From assembly GCA_964420535.1 (NCBI GenBank), contig CAYQTY010000001.1, positions 1-35,305 of the forward strand: 35,305 bases of DNA, given 5' to 3'. Shown piece after piece: positions 8,973 through 17,016 of this stretch. A program made the position numbers and the translations under genes. Under the pieces are notes generated by a model. It was not told the DNA's origin, did not search any database, and was given only the letters and a program-made list of their open reading frames with translations. Position 1 is the stretch's first letter; every line of letters starts with the position of its first letter. Origin of the DNA: an uncultured Leptolinea sp. (GTDB taxonomy: Bacteria > Chloroflexota > Anaerolineae > Anaerolineales > Anaerolineaceae).

Positions 8973-9833
8973 TTAATCCGGCTGCCAGGGAGCAACCGTG
9001 GTCATATCCACTTCGCTGGTTTTCGGCGCTGTGCCCGTCACCTTCCACCAGAGTTCGCGCAGCGCCCCGCCCACCAGTACGCCCGTGGTAAATACATTCC
9101 CTTCAATGCCGGTTTTGCCATCCGTCGCCGGGCCGGCCAGCCATATGGCTTTCTTCGCGGGCACCTCCGCCGGTTTGGCCCACATACGCACGATGACCGG
9201 GAAGGCCTTGAGCTTTTCTTCGTTCCCGGCGATCACCTCATTCCGCACCAGTAGATCCGTTAGCACCATGCCGGGGTTGAGCGCGAAAATGCCGATGCCA
9301 GCCACGTCTTTATTCTCTGCTGCCAGCGCCTTCGTGAAGTGCCGGATCCACACCTTTGACGAGCCGTACGCGTTCTGCCACGGAGCGGGTTTGTTGTAGC
9401 CCATCCCCAGCATATTGATCAGCTTGCCGACGCCCTGCTTTTTGAATTGAGACAACGCTGTGATCGACCCGTAATACGTGCCCAGAATATTGGTACGCAC
9501 CACGCCTTCAAACACGCGTGGATCGAACTGCGCGGTCGGGCCGTAGGGACCGGTCACCCCGGCGTTGTTCACCCAGATGTCGATTTTGCCGAACTCCTTT
9601 ACCGCCAGCGCGGCCAGTGACTGCACCTGCGCCAGGTCCGCCACGTCAACCGCCATGCCGGCAGCCTGCCAGCCCCGCGCGCGGAAATCCGCCGCGGTTT
9701 GTTCCACAGCCTGCGCCGAACGCGACGATATCACCACGGCGGCGCCTTCGGCCGCATACGCCTGCGCGATAGCCAACCCAAGCCCGCGCGTGCTTCCGGT
9801 GACCACCGCCACTTTGCCGGTCAGAATACCCAT
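8973..9833 (-). CDS. SDR family NAD(P)-dependent oxidoreductase
   Basis: TGSTRGLG, NNAG and YGSSK (YxxxK) motifs. Confidence 0.93.
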   Translation of the reverse strand: MGILTGKVAVVTGSTRGLGLAIAQAYAAEGAAVVISSRSAQAVEQTAADFRARGWQAAGMAVDVADLAQVQSLAALAVKEFGKIDIWVNNAGVTGPYGPTAQFDPRVFEGVVRTNILGTYYGSITALSQFKKQGVGKLINMLGMGYNKPAPWQNAYGSSKVWIRHFTKALAAENKDVAGIGIFALNPGMVLTDLLVRNEVIAGNEEKLKAFPVIVRMWAKPAEVPAKKAIWLAGPATDGKTGIEGNVFTTGVLVGGALRELWWKVTGTAPKTSEVDMTTVAPWQPD

Positions 9834-9848
9834 AATCACACCGTCCTT

Positions 9849-11147
9849 TCAGTCCAATCCGGAAGCCGGAGCGGCTTCCGTGGAATCAACAGGCAGAGTA
9901 TTGAAAGAAGAACCAAAAACTTTGAACGCATATACCAGCGCGATCAACTGCACCAGCGCGCCGCTCCAGAACGAGAGTGTGGCGGTCATGTCATAGGCAA
10001 AGCCGGCCCACAGCGGGCCAATGCCCCGGCCGAGCGCCTGGAAGGAATTGTTCATCCCCATGGCCGCCCCTTGCCCGCCGCGCGCGCGTTTGCTGATGAG
10101 CGAGGTGACCGAGGGCGCGAGCAGCACATTGCCCATATTGAACACCAGCGCGCTGACGATCAACACCGGTTTTACCGAAGCCAGCGCCATGCCGATGAAT
10201 CCGAGTATGCCCACCAGCAGCCCGCCCTGAATGATGCGCGTTTCACCGAAGCGGCGGGTGAGCGGTCCAATAACGATACCCTGTTCGATCACCGAAACCA
10301 GCCCCAGCCCGCCCATCAGTAAACCCACCTCCGATGGACCCATGGAAAAGTGCTGCCCGCCATAGAGTGAGAACACAGATTCCATATTGGCCAGCGCGAA
10401 CGCAAGCAGAAAAGCCATGGCCATCAGGAAACCGGATGGTCCTTTTAACCCATCAACCAGCGAACGGAACAATGGGTCGCGTTTCGTGTCAACATGGTGT
10501 TTGCGGGCTTCAACCGGCAGCGACTCGGGGAGGAATAAATAGATGAAAGGCGTGGCCAGCAACGCCAGTAGTGCGCTGGCAAAGAACGGGATAGAGAGGT
10601 TGATCAGTTTTCCGGTAGAGGGGTCGGTGGTCACCTGCAACAGCGGGGTGAGCCAGCCCGGAAGCGTCAGCGAAATATTGGTCAACAGCCCTCCCAGCAT
10701 GGGACCGAAGATCATACCCATTCCCATCGAGGCGCCCATCAACCCCACCCCTTTGGAGCGGTCTTCGGGCGTGGTAATATCGGCAATATAAGCCATGGCC
10801 GTGGGCAATGCGGCGGAAGAAAGTACGCCCGCCAGTGTGCGCGAAAGGGTGAACTGCACAATATCCTGTGAAAGCCCCCGCAGTACAAAAGCCAGAAAGT
10901 AGCCAAAGATACCGGTCAAGAGTACCGGTTTGCGGCCGATGCGGTCAGAGAGCCGCCCCCACATGGGCGCGAACAGAAACTGCATCAGCGAGTACAAAGA
11001 CATCATCAGCCCCAGCGCGCTTCCCGAGGCGTTGAAATGGATGATGTAAAATGACATCAGCGGCAGGGCGATGCCGAACCCCAGCATCACGATCACCAGC
11101 GACGAAGCCAGGAGAATTTTTGCGGTTTTTTGTTGTTCCGGTTTCAC
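9849..11147 (-). CDS. MFS transporter, DHA1/TetA-like
   Basis: Motif A GRLSDRIGRKPVL, AMAYIADIT, GPMLGG. Probable GTG start at 11147 after AAGGA (ORF track starts at 11168). Confidence 0.9.
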   Translation of the reverse strand: MKPEQQKTAKILLASSLVIVMLGFGIALPLMSFYIIHFNASGSALGLMMSLYSLMQFLFAPMWGRLSDRIGRKPVLLTGIFGYFLAFVLRGLSQDIVQFTLSRTLAGVLSSAALPTAMAYIADITTPEDRSKGVGLMGASMGMGMIFGPMLGGLLTNISLTLPGWLTPLLQVTTDPSTGKLINLSIPFFASALLALLATPFIYLFLPESLPVEARKHHVDTKRDPLFRSLVDGLKGPSGFLMAMAFLLAFALANMESVFSLYGGQHFSMGPSEVGLLMGGLGLVSVIEQGIVIGPLTRRFGETRIIQGGLLVGILGFIGMALASVKPVLIVSALVFNMGNVLLAPSVTSLISKRARGGQGAAMGMNNSFQALGRGIGPLWAGFAYDMTATLSFWSGALVQLIALVYAFKVFGSSFNTLPVDSTEAAPASGLD

Positions 11148-11169
11148 GAATACTTTCCTTTTGAACAAA

Positions 11170-11208
11170 TATAGTTAAATGTCTTGTATAGTTAAGTATT
11201 TTTATATA
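11170..11208. promoter_or_regulatory. Candidate MarR operator in the divergent MFS/marR promoter
   Basis: TATAGTTAA occurs twice (11170 and 11187), each opening an imperfect AT-rich palindrome in the short divergent gap. Confidence 0.45.
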
Positions 11209-11218
11209 TAATCGGGGA

Positions 11219-11698
11219 ATGAAATCCTGTCAAGATGGTGAACCATTGGAAAAAATAACGAATGATATTGATAACGCGATCATGGATTGGACGGCGGTGT
11301 TTGTGCGCCTGTGGATGCATGATGTGAACAATTACACCCGCGCGTCCGGCCTGTCTTTCGGGCAGATGAATCTGATGCTGCACCTGCATTACAAAGGAGC
11401 CTGCGAAGTCAGCGGCGTTTCTGAAGTGATGCAGATGACAGCCGCCGGCGCCAGCCAGATGGTGGAGCGTATGGTGCAGCAAGGACTGGTGACGCGCAGC
11501 GAGGTGCCGGGTGACCGGCGGGTGCGAGTTGTCTGCCTCACAGAACAGGGGATGAATGTGGTGAACGAGTGCATCAATCTGCACCGGACATGGGTTCACG
11601 ACCTGGGTCAGTCACTTCCGGCGGAAGATCGGGCACAGGCCGCGCGGATCATGCGCCAACTCACAGAAAATGCCGGTAAACTGGCCTCCGCCGGATAA
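11219..11698 (+). CDS. MarR family transcriptional regulator
   Basis: wHTH (ASQMVERMVQQGLVTR) and DRRVRVVCLTEQG; divergent from the MFS gene. Confidence 0.92.
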   Translation: MKSCQDGEPLEKITNDIDNAIMDWTAVFVRLWMHDVNNYTRASGLSFGQMNLMLHLHYKGACEVSGVSEVMQMTAAGASQMVERMVQQGLVTRSEVPGDRRVRVVCLTEQGMNVVNECINLHRTWVHDLGQSLPAEDRAQAARIMRQLTENAGKLASAG

Positions 11699-11797
11699 TT
11701 TAAACCCGGCATGTGGTTGGAATCGCATCCGGCGTCCCTTCCCCGCGGGTTAGGGATTGTTTCAATACCGGTTTTTTGTAAGACCTTTCCGGAAACA

Positions 11798-11867
11798 TTA
11801 CGTTACAGCTTACATTTTTTTACATTTGGTGCGGAAATTGCCCCCTTTCGGGCGGATTATCTATAGT
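11798..11867 (+). promoter_or_regulatory. Candidate sigma70 promoter with upstream TTACATT direct repeats
   Basis: TTACATT at 11810 and 11820 (TTACGTT at 11798); TTGCCC-18 nt-TATAGT at 11838-11867. Confidence 0.4.
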
Positions 11868-11930
11868 ATTTTTAATCTTTATGTACTATTCTATACGTAC
11901 ATAACCGTTTTCCGATTGCTTTCTCCGGAG

Positions 11931-12012
11931 AAAGGCGCATAGTGGTTCGTCAGGAGCCGGTTGACCAAACAGTTAAGAAGCCTGAGGGGGGTTCATGCAA
12001 GCCGGGTCGCCG
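11931..12012 (+). ncRNA. Candidate structured leader RNA, c-di-GMP-I (GEMM)-like riboswitch variant
   Basis: AAAGGCG...AAGCCTGAGG...AAGCCGGGTCGCC. GGCG/CGCC closing helix, GCCUG/CGGGU helix and two internal hairpins; lies in a long leader of a GGDEF-family gene. Confidence 0.4.
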
Positions 12013-12268
12013 CCAGAATATCAACAAGACTGTCCTGAAAACCCTGTGCCAACGAACAGCATCGTCCCACGACTCACCGGTACACCGTAGGCGCGCGCCA
12101 GAGAACGTCAGACCGCTGCCCACCGATCACTCATCCGGTGTCTTGCGCCACCTGGGATCGTCCCGATTCCATATATCGTGATTTTTCTGTCCAACCCGTC
12201 ACCGCCACCTTCCGCCGGCTGTATTTTTCTATCTGTTTGATCGGATGAACAGGAATGGAGTGACCATA

Positions 12269-13324
12269 ATGCAAATGCATGTCAGACAAAACCATAATCA
12301 TGTAACGACCAATACAAAACCACGCGATCCCGGCCTTCAGGTCCTCAATTACCTGGGTGACATGAGCCGCGTGGACACGGAAGAAGAAGCCATCCAGCGG
12401 ATCACACAGATGTTCCGGTTCATCTTTTCTGATCAGGAAGTGATCTACGTCTCCCAGCATGGCGACCTGATCGTGGCGGTCGAGCCCACTGACACCCCTC
12501 CCGAAGTTTCCGTCTCGCTCGTCCAGCAGTCAAAAAGCACAAATCCCGGCCTGCCCTCCAGGGGTCTTCTGGCCAGTTACATTTTCCCGGTCACGTCGCT
12601 TACCGGCACCCACGGGCTGGTGGCGTTATTGAAAACCACCTCGCGCTCACTGGACCAGCACCTGCTGGATATGGGACGGATGGCCGCATTGTATTCCGGT
12701 GTGGTGATCTCTAACATCCGTTCCATGCAGAAGCTGCGCGAAGATGAAAAGCTGCTGCACAAGCAGGGTAATGCCGACGCGCAAACCGGCCTTTCGAGCC
12801 GCCGTTACTTCTTTGAGATCGCGGAAGCGGAGTTCAAACGCTCCAAACGCTACGACCGACCGCTCAGCGCCATACTGGTGGATATTGACAATTTCAAAAC
12901 CCTGACCAAACAGTACGGCCCTGAAACCGGTGACCGGATCATCCGGGAACTATCGCGTATCTTCACCAAAGAATTACGCGATTCCGATATCCGTGTTCGG
13001 TTGGGCGGACAGGAACTGTTGGTGCTGCTGCCCGAAACCAGCCTGCGCTACGCCCAGACACTGGCGGAACGCCTGCGCCGGCGGGTTTCAGAAACAGCCT
13101 TTGCCATGGAAGAATACGCGGTGAACATCACCATCAGCCTGGGCGTGGTAGGGCTGACGCGCACCGTAAAATCGCTGGAAGAATTCATCACCAATGGCGA
13201 CCAGGCGCTGCACCGGGCTAGGCATTCCGGCGGAAATCAGGTTTCCACCTGGGGCGCGGTGACGGCGGAATACCAGCCGATGGTCATCCTTCAGGAATCC
13301 GACCACCGGATTGGCTTCTACTAA
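12269..13324 (+). CDS. GGDEF-domain protein with degenerate active site (GGQEL) and intact RxxD I-site
   Basis: DAQTGLSSRRYF, DIDNFK, LRDSDIRVRLGGQELLVLLP, ITISLGV, DQALHRARHSGGN; GGAG RBS before ATG 12269 (ORF track starts at 12245). Confidence 0.88.
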   Translation: MQMHVRQNHNHVTTNTKPRDPGLQVLNYLGDMSRVDTEEEAIQRITQMFRFIFSDQEVIYVSQHGDLIVAVEPTDTPPEVSVSLVQQSKSTNPGLPSRGLLASYIFPVTSLTGTHGLVALLKTTSRSLDQHLLDMGRMAALYSGVVISNIRSMQKLREDEKLLHKQGNADAQTGLSSRRYFFEIAEAEFKRSKRYDRPLSAILVDIDNFKTLTKQYGPETGDRIIRELSRIFTKELRDSDIRVRLGGQELLVLLPETSLRYAQTLAERLRRRVSETAFAMEEYAVNITISLGVVGLTRTVKSLEEFITNGDQALHRARHSGGNQVSTWGAVTAEYQPMVILQESDHRIGFY

Positions 13325-13532
13325 CAACTACCTCCTCCCTCAGTTAATGGATTATTGTTGAAAACCTTCAGGGCGGGCCAGCCGGTCCGCCCTGAGGTAA
13401 TAAAAAGCCTTTTCTTACGGCACGCATATTGCAACCAAATCCCTGTCAAAATTGAAAGTTGTCTTTCCTTCTCCGGGAAGTTATAATCTTCATTAATCAT
13501 TTGATTAATCAACCTGTGGAGAAGATTTTTCC

Positions 13533-13829
13533 ATGCCTGTAAACGTGACGGCAACGTACGCCCGCATCCATCTGGGGGAACTGTTCACAGCGGCCCGCAA
13601 GGAGCCCGTCTTCATTGAACGTGACGGGCAGCCGCTGGCCGTTCTGCTCTCACGCGAACAATTTGACCGCCTGAACGCCCTGGAAAAACCGCCCGACTGG
13701 CGGATACTGGTGGGGCAATCTCGCGAATTCGTGCGCGAAGATCTTTCCGGCCGCCTGCTGGCCATGCCGGAAGAAGTGATCACCGAGATGCGGGAGGACC
13801 GGAATGAGCAGTCAGATCATCTGTATTGA
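13533..13829 (+). CDS. Type II antitoxin, Phd/YefM family
   Basis: VTATYARIHLGEL...EPVFIERDGQPLAVLLS signature; overlaps the downstream PIN gene. Confidence 0.85.
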   Translation: MPVNVTATYARIHLGELFTAARKEPVFIERDGQPLAVLLSREQFDRLNALEKPPDWRILVGQSREFVREDLSGRLLAMPEEVITEMREDRNEQSDHLY

Positions 13830-14259
13830 TCCCGGGCCGGTTATTCAGCTCACCACCTTCCCGCGGAACAATGCCATCAAAACCCTGTGGGACCGCTGGG
13901 AAAAAGAACAGCGGCGCATCCTGGCGCCATCCAACCTGTTCTATGACGTTACCAATGTGCTGGCCGCGTACGTCCGACAGGGTATGCTCAGCCCGCGCAC
14001 GGTTCAGTCCATTCTGGTTGCCTGCCGCTCCCTGCCCATCCACCTGGTGGATGACCCCGATATTCAGGCTCGCGCGCTGGAACTCACAGGAAAATACAAC
14101 CTGCCCATCGGCTGCGACCCGCATTACCTGGCGCTGGCCGATAAGTTGGATAAGGAATTGTGGACGTATGACCGGAGGTTGGCGATGGTTGTCAATCAGG
14201 CAGGCGCGGTTGCGCGCGTGCGTTGGATTGGTAGAAAACAGGAATTAGCCACGGTTTGA
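13804..14259 (+). CDS. vapC: Type II toxin, PIN domain (VapC family)
   Basis: ICID, APSNLFYDVTNVL and CDPHYLALA...LWTYDRRL acidic PIN motifs. Confidence 0.82.
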   Translation: MSSQIICIDPGPVIQLTTFPRNNAIKTLWDRWEKEQRRILAPSNLFYDVTNVLAAYVRQGMLSPRTVQSILVACRSLPIHLVDDPDIQARALELTGKYNLPIGCDPHYLALADKLDKELWTYDRRLAMVVNQAGAVARVRWIGRKQELATV

Positions 14260-14452
14260 TGGCCGTCAATCCACCGCATTCCTTAAAACGCAATTTTTGC
14301 TCTTGTAATTGGGCTGCGAATAGTTTAGACTTACATTTAAGTTACATTCCTGTAGCTTAATTGCCATTGGTTGGTTGGACAGAGCGAATTTCATTGGGGC
14401 AGATGCGTATCTGGTCGGCTTTGCCACCACCGGAAAGAAAGGAGAATATCCG

Positions 14453-15232
14453 ATGAGCGTTATGCCATCCTATTCCGAAAAATCTGCCCTCCCCACCGGT
14501 TTGGATCTTGACAGGCTTGATCCAGCCACTCCGCGCCGGAGGGTAATGATCATTGATGACGAACCCGAAACCGTCGGGTTGTTGAAATACATACTGTCGA
14601 ACGCGGGCATTGATGTAGCCGGCGCCGACAGCGGTCAATCAGCCATCGACAAAGTCTCCCGCCTCTGGCCTGACCTGATTCTGCTTGACCTGATGATGCC
14701 CGATATGGACGGCATGGAGACGTTTGCCAATCTGCGCAAGCTCACCCCCGCGCCGGTGGTCATCGTTTCGGCCAAGAACCAGAAAGAAGATATCGTCAAG
14801 GGGCTGCAAATGGGCGCCGACGATTACATTACCAAACCATTCCACCCGGCCGAACTGGTGGCCCGCGTAAACACCGTGGTCAACCGCTCGCGGCAGGTCA
14901 CCGCGCCGGCCGGCAGCGTGGAATTCCCAAACATTGAAATGAGCCTTGACCCCGACACGCGGGAAGCCAAAGTCCGCGGTGATACCATCCCCCTGGCCCG
15001 CCGTGAATTTGACGTGCTCTATTGCCTGGGCCGGCACACCCCCCGCTGGGTTGACCACGCCACAATCGCCGAAGAGGTGTGGGGGCAAAACGACCCGAAG
15101 GCAGTCAACCGGATCAAATATGTCATTTACCTGCTGCGGCGCAAGCTGGAAGTCAACCCTTCGCGCCCGCAGTTGATCCTGGCACGCGAAGGGCTGGGCT
15201 ACAAGCTGGCTTCTGACCGCGCGAAAGCATAA
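14453..15232 (+). CDS. OmpR/PhoB-family response regulator (no adjacent kinase)
   Basis: IIDDE, LILLDLMMPDMDG, VSAK, GADDYITKPF and a C-terminal wHTH (LRRKLE...GLGYKL); GGAG RBS before ATG 14453. Confidence 0.93.
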   Translation: MSVMPSYSEKSALPTGLDLDRLDPATPRRRVMIIDDEPETVGLLKYILSNAGIDVAGADSGQSAIDKVSRLWPDLILLDLMMPDMDGMETFANLRKLTPAPVVIVSAKNQKEDIVKGLQMGADDYITKPFHPAELVARVNTVVNRSRQVTAPAGSVEFPNIEMSLDPDTREAKVRGDTIPLARREFDVLYCLGRHTPRWVDHATIAEEVWGQNDPKAVNRIKYVIYLLRRKLEVNPSRPQLILAREGLGYKLASDRAKA

Positions 15233-15264
15233 GCAACAGTAGGGGTATATCCCCTATTAATGGC

Positions 15265-15292
15265 AAAAAGGGCATTGGCGGATGCCCTTTTT
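15265..15292. terminator. Bidirectional intrinsic terminator 1
   Basis: AAAAAGGGCAT-TGGCGG-ATGCCCTTTTT downstream of the response regulator. Confidence 0.75.
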
Positions 15293-15423
15293 GGTTTTCT
15301 GATTCTGGAAGTCCTTGATCCGGTGAAGGGCACAAACTCGTCATCATAAAGCACAGAGATATTCTGTTTACACAGTATGACGTCATTCCGGGTGATTGGA
15401 TACGCTCAATATTGATATTAACG

Positions 15424-15455
15424 GCAAAAAGGACATCGGTGGATGTCCTTTTTGC
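15424..15455. terminator. Bidirectional intrinsic terminator 2
   Basis: GCAAAAAGGACATC-GGTG-GATGTCCTTTTTGC downstream of the convergent zinc-ribbon gene. Confidence 0.75.
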
Positions 15456-15513
15456 GGTAATCGTTTGGGCCAACTTTTATTCGGCTTCGGACCCAAAATG
15501 AGGGAGGGGAGGA

Positions 15514-16119
15514 TTATTTTTGGATGGGTTCACCACAATGCGGACAAAAGTCCCAGCCGGGTTGAAGGCTGGCACCGCATTTGGTACAGGGACATGTTGC
15601 CGCAACGGCAGCCGGGGAGGGTTGGCGCACGATGCGGTAAAGAATGACGATTCCCAGTACCATAAGGATACCAAATCCGAGAGGAAAGAGCAAACCGAAA
15701 AGCATAAACACGCCACTCATAAAACCGCCGCCCGCGAACATACCATAGCCTCCAGTATATTGACGGTTCCCCATCATACCGCCAGCTTCATTATTCTGAT
15801 AAAAGCGGGGCATCATCTGAGGACCGGAATTATCATTTTTCTGACGATTATTCCGCCCCATCATGCCCTGCTCCTGACGGTTGTCGCGGCCGTACGGGCG
15901 CGTGTTATCCTGGCTGTCATCGTCGGGTTCATTCCAACGTGGACCGGCAGCATCCGGCTGTCCCTGCGTGGGGTTGCCGGGCTGACCGGCAATGGCCACC
16001 TGCCCGGGCAGGATTCCAGCCGTCTGCTGAACCCCGAACCGGGATCCACTCACAAACCCCGCGGCGGCGATCAACAAGACCGCCAGTATGGCTAACAATA
16101 TTTTGATTACTCTGTTCAT
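15514..16119 (-). CDS. Membrane protein with Gly/Met-rich linker and C-terminal zinc ribbon
   Basis: N-terminal TM, GMMG repeats, second TM, CTKCG...FCPHCG; AAGGAG RBS before ATG 16119. Confidence 0.85.
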   Translation of the reverse strand: MNRVIKILLAILAVLLIAAAGFVSGSRFGVQQTAGILPGQVAIAGQPGNPTQGQPDAAGPRWNEPDDDSQDNTRPYGRDNRQEQGMMGRNNRQKNDNSGPQMMPRFYQNNEAGGMMGNRQYTGGYGMFAGGGFMSGVFMLFGLLFPLGFGILMVLGIVILYRIVRQPSPAAVAATCPCTKCGASLQPGWDFCPHCGEPIQK

Positions 16120-16356
16120 GGCTCTCCTTATAACAGGTAGATAATTAGATTCCACTGTTGATATTCACACTATAGCGGAAGGTTGTGAAGAATTAATGAA
16201 GCCCGTGTAAATGCCGGTTAATCATTTTCACAGCTTATTTTCATATTCTTCCAAGCTGGTTTTAAGGTTTGCCTGCAAGAATGAAAATACAGACCGTTCA
16301 GGTGTCCCTGAGCGGTCTGTCTATTATGTATGATGGGGAAAATCCGGGGCTCTTCC

Positions 16357-16980
16357 CGTAGGGTGCGGTTGGACGCCCAATCGTGTATATTATCCATCCA
16401 AATCAACTCCCCCTTCGCGTTCTCGCGTCCAACCCACCACGGCCTGCCGGGTGACGGAGGCGTCCATTGGATTGTTACCGGAATGTACCGCGGTGATTTT
16501 GATGTTCACATACGCATCCCGTAGGGGCGGGTTAATAACCCGCCCGGGTTCAGCCGAATGAAAATCCCTTCCAATGATATTCAGGAAATCCCAACCTGGA
16601 ATTGTTACTTGTAAAACATTGGGTGATTTTCCAGCCTTACATTCCTCGCCCTGAAGGGGAGTGGCCAGTCGAGGGGAAAAGTCTGCATACAGGAGAGATA
16701 TTGCGGGAAGGACAAAATGATTGTGATTCGCAGGCAATCCTATTAACATGGATCGCCCCTCTCCCAACCTCTCCCCGATGGGGAGAGGAAAAGGCTCCGT
16801 CCGGTTGGACGCCCAATTGAGTATTTTATCCATCTGCACGAATTTCACCTTCGCGAACGCGCGCCCAACCCACCACGGCCTGCCAGGAGACGGTCACGTC
16901 CACTCGCCCGTTGACCGGCAAACCTTGCCCTCATCCCGGCCTTCCCCCGTACGGTGGAAGGTGACTTTTTTGCGCGGATT
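16357..16980. repeat. Mosaic repeat cluster 3
   Basis: Two ~100-bp direct copies (about 16365-16467 and 16801-16902) of GGTTGGACGC...CCAACCCACCACGGCCTGCC; short REP at 16521-16548; CCCT-type hairpins at 16643-16676, 16756-16788 and 16928-16966. Confidence 0.85.
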
Positions 16981-17016
16981 AATCATTTTTTCGGCAACCG
17001 GGGGGTTGTTACCCCT

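Noticed and set aside
11942-12181. 79-aa ORF upstream of the GGDEF gene
   Set aside because: No recognisable features, and it overlaps the candidate leader RNA. It cannot be excluded but is unsupported.
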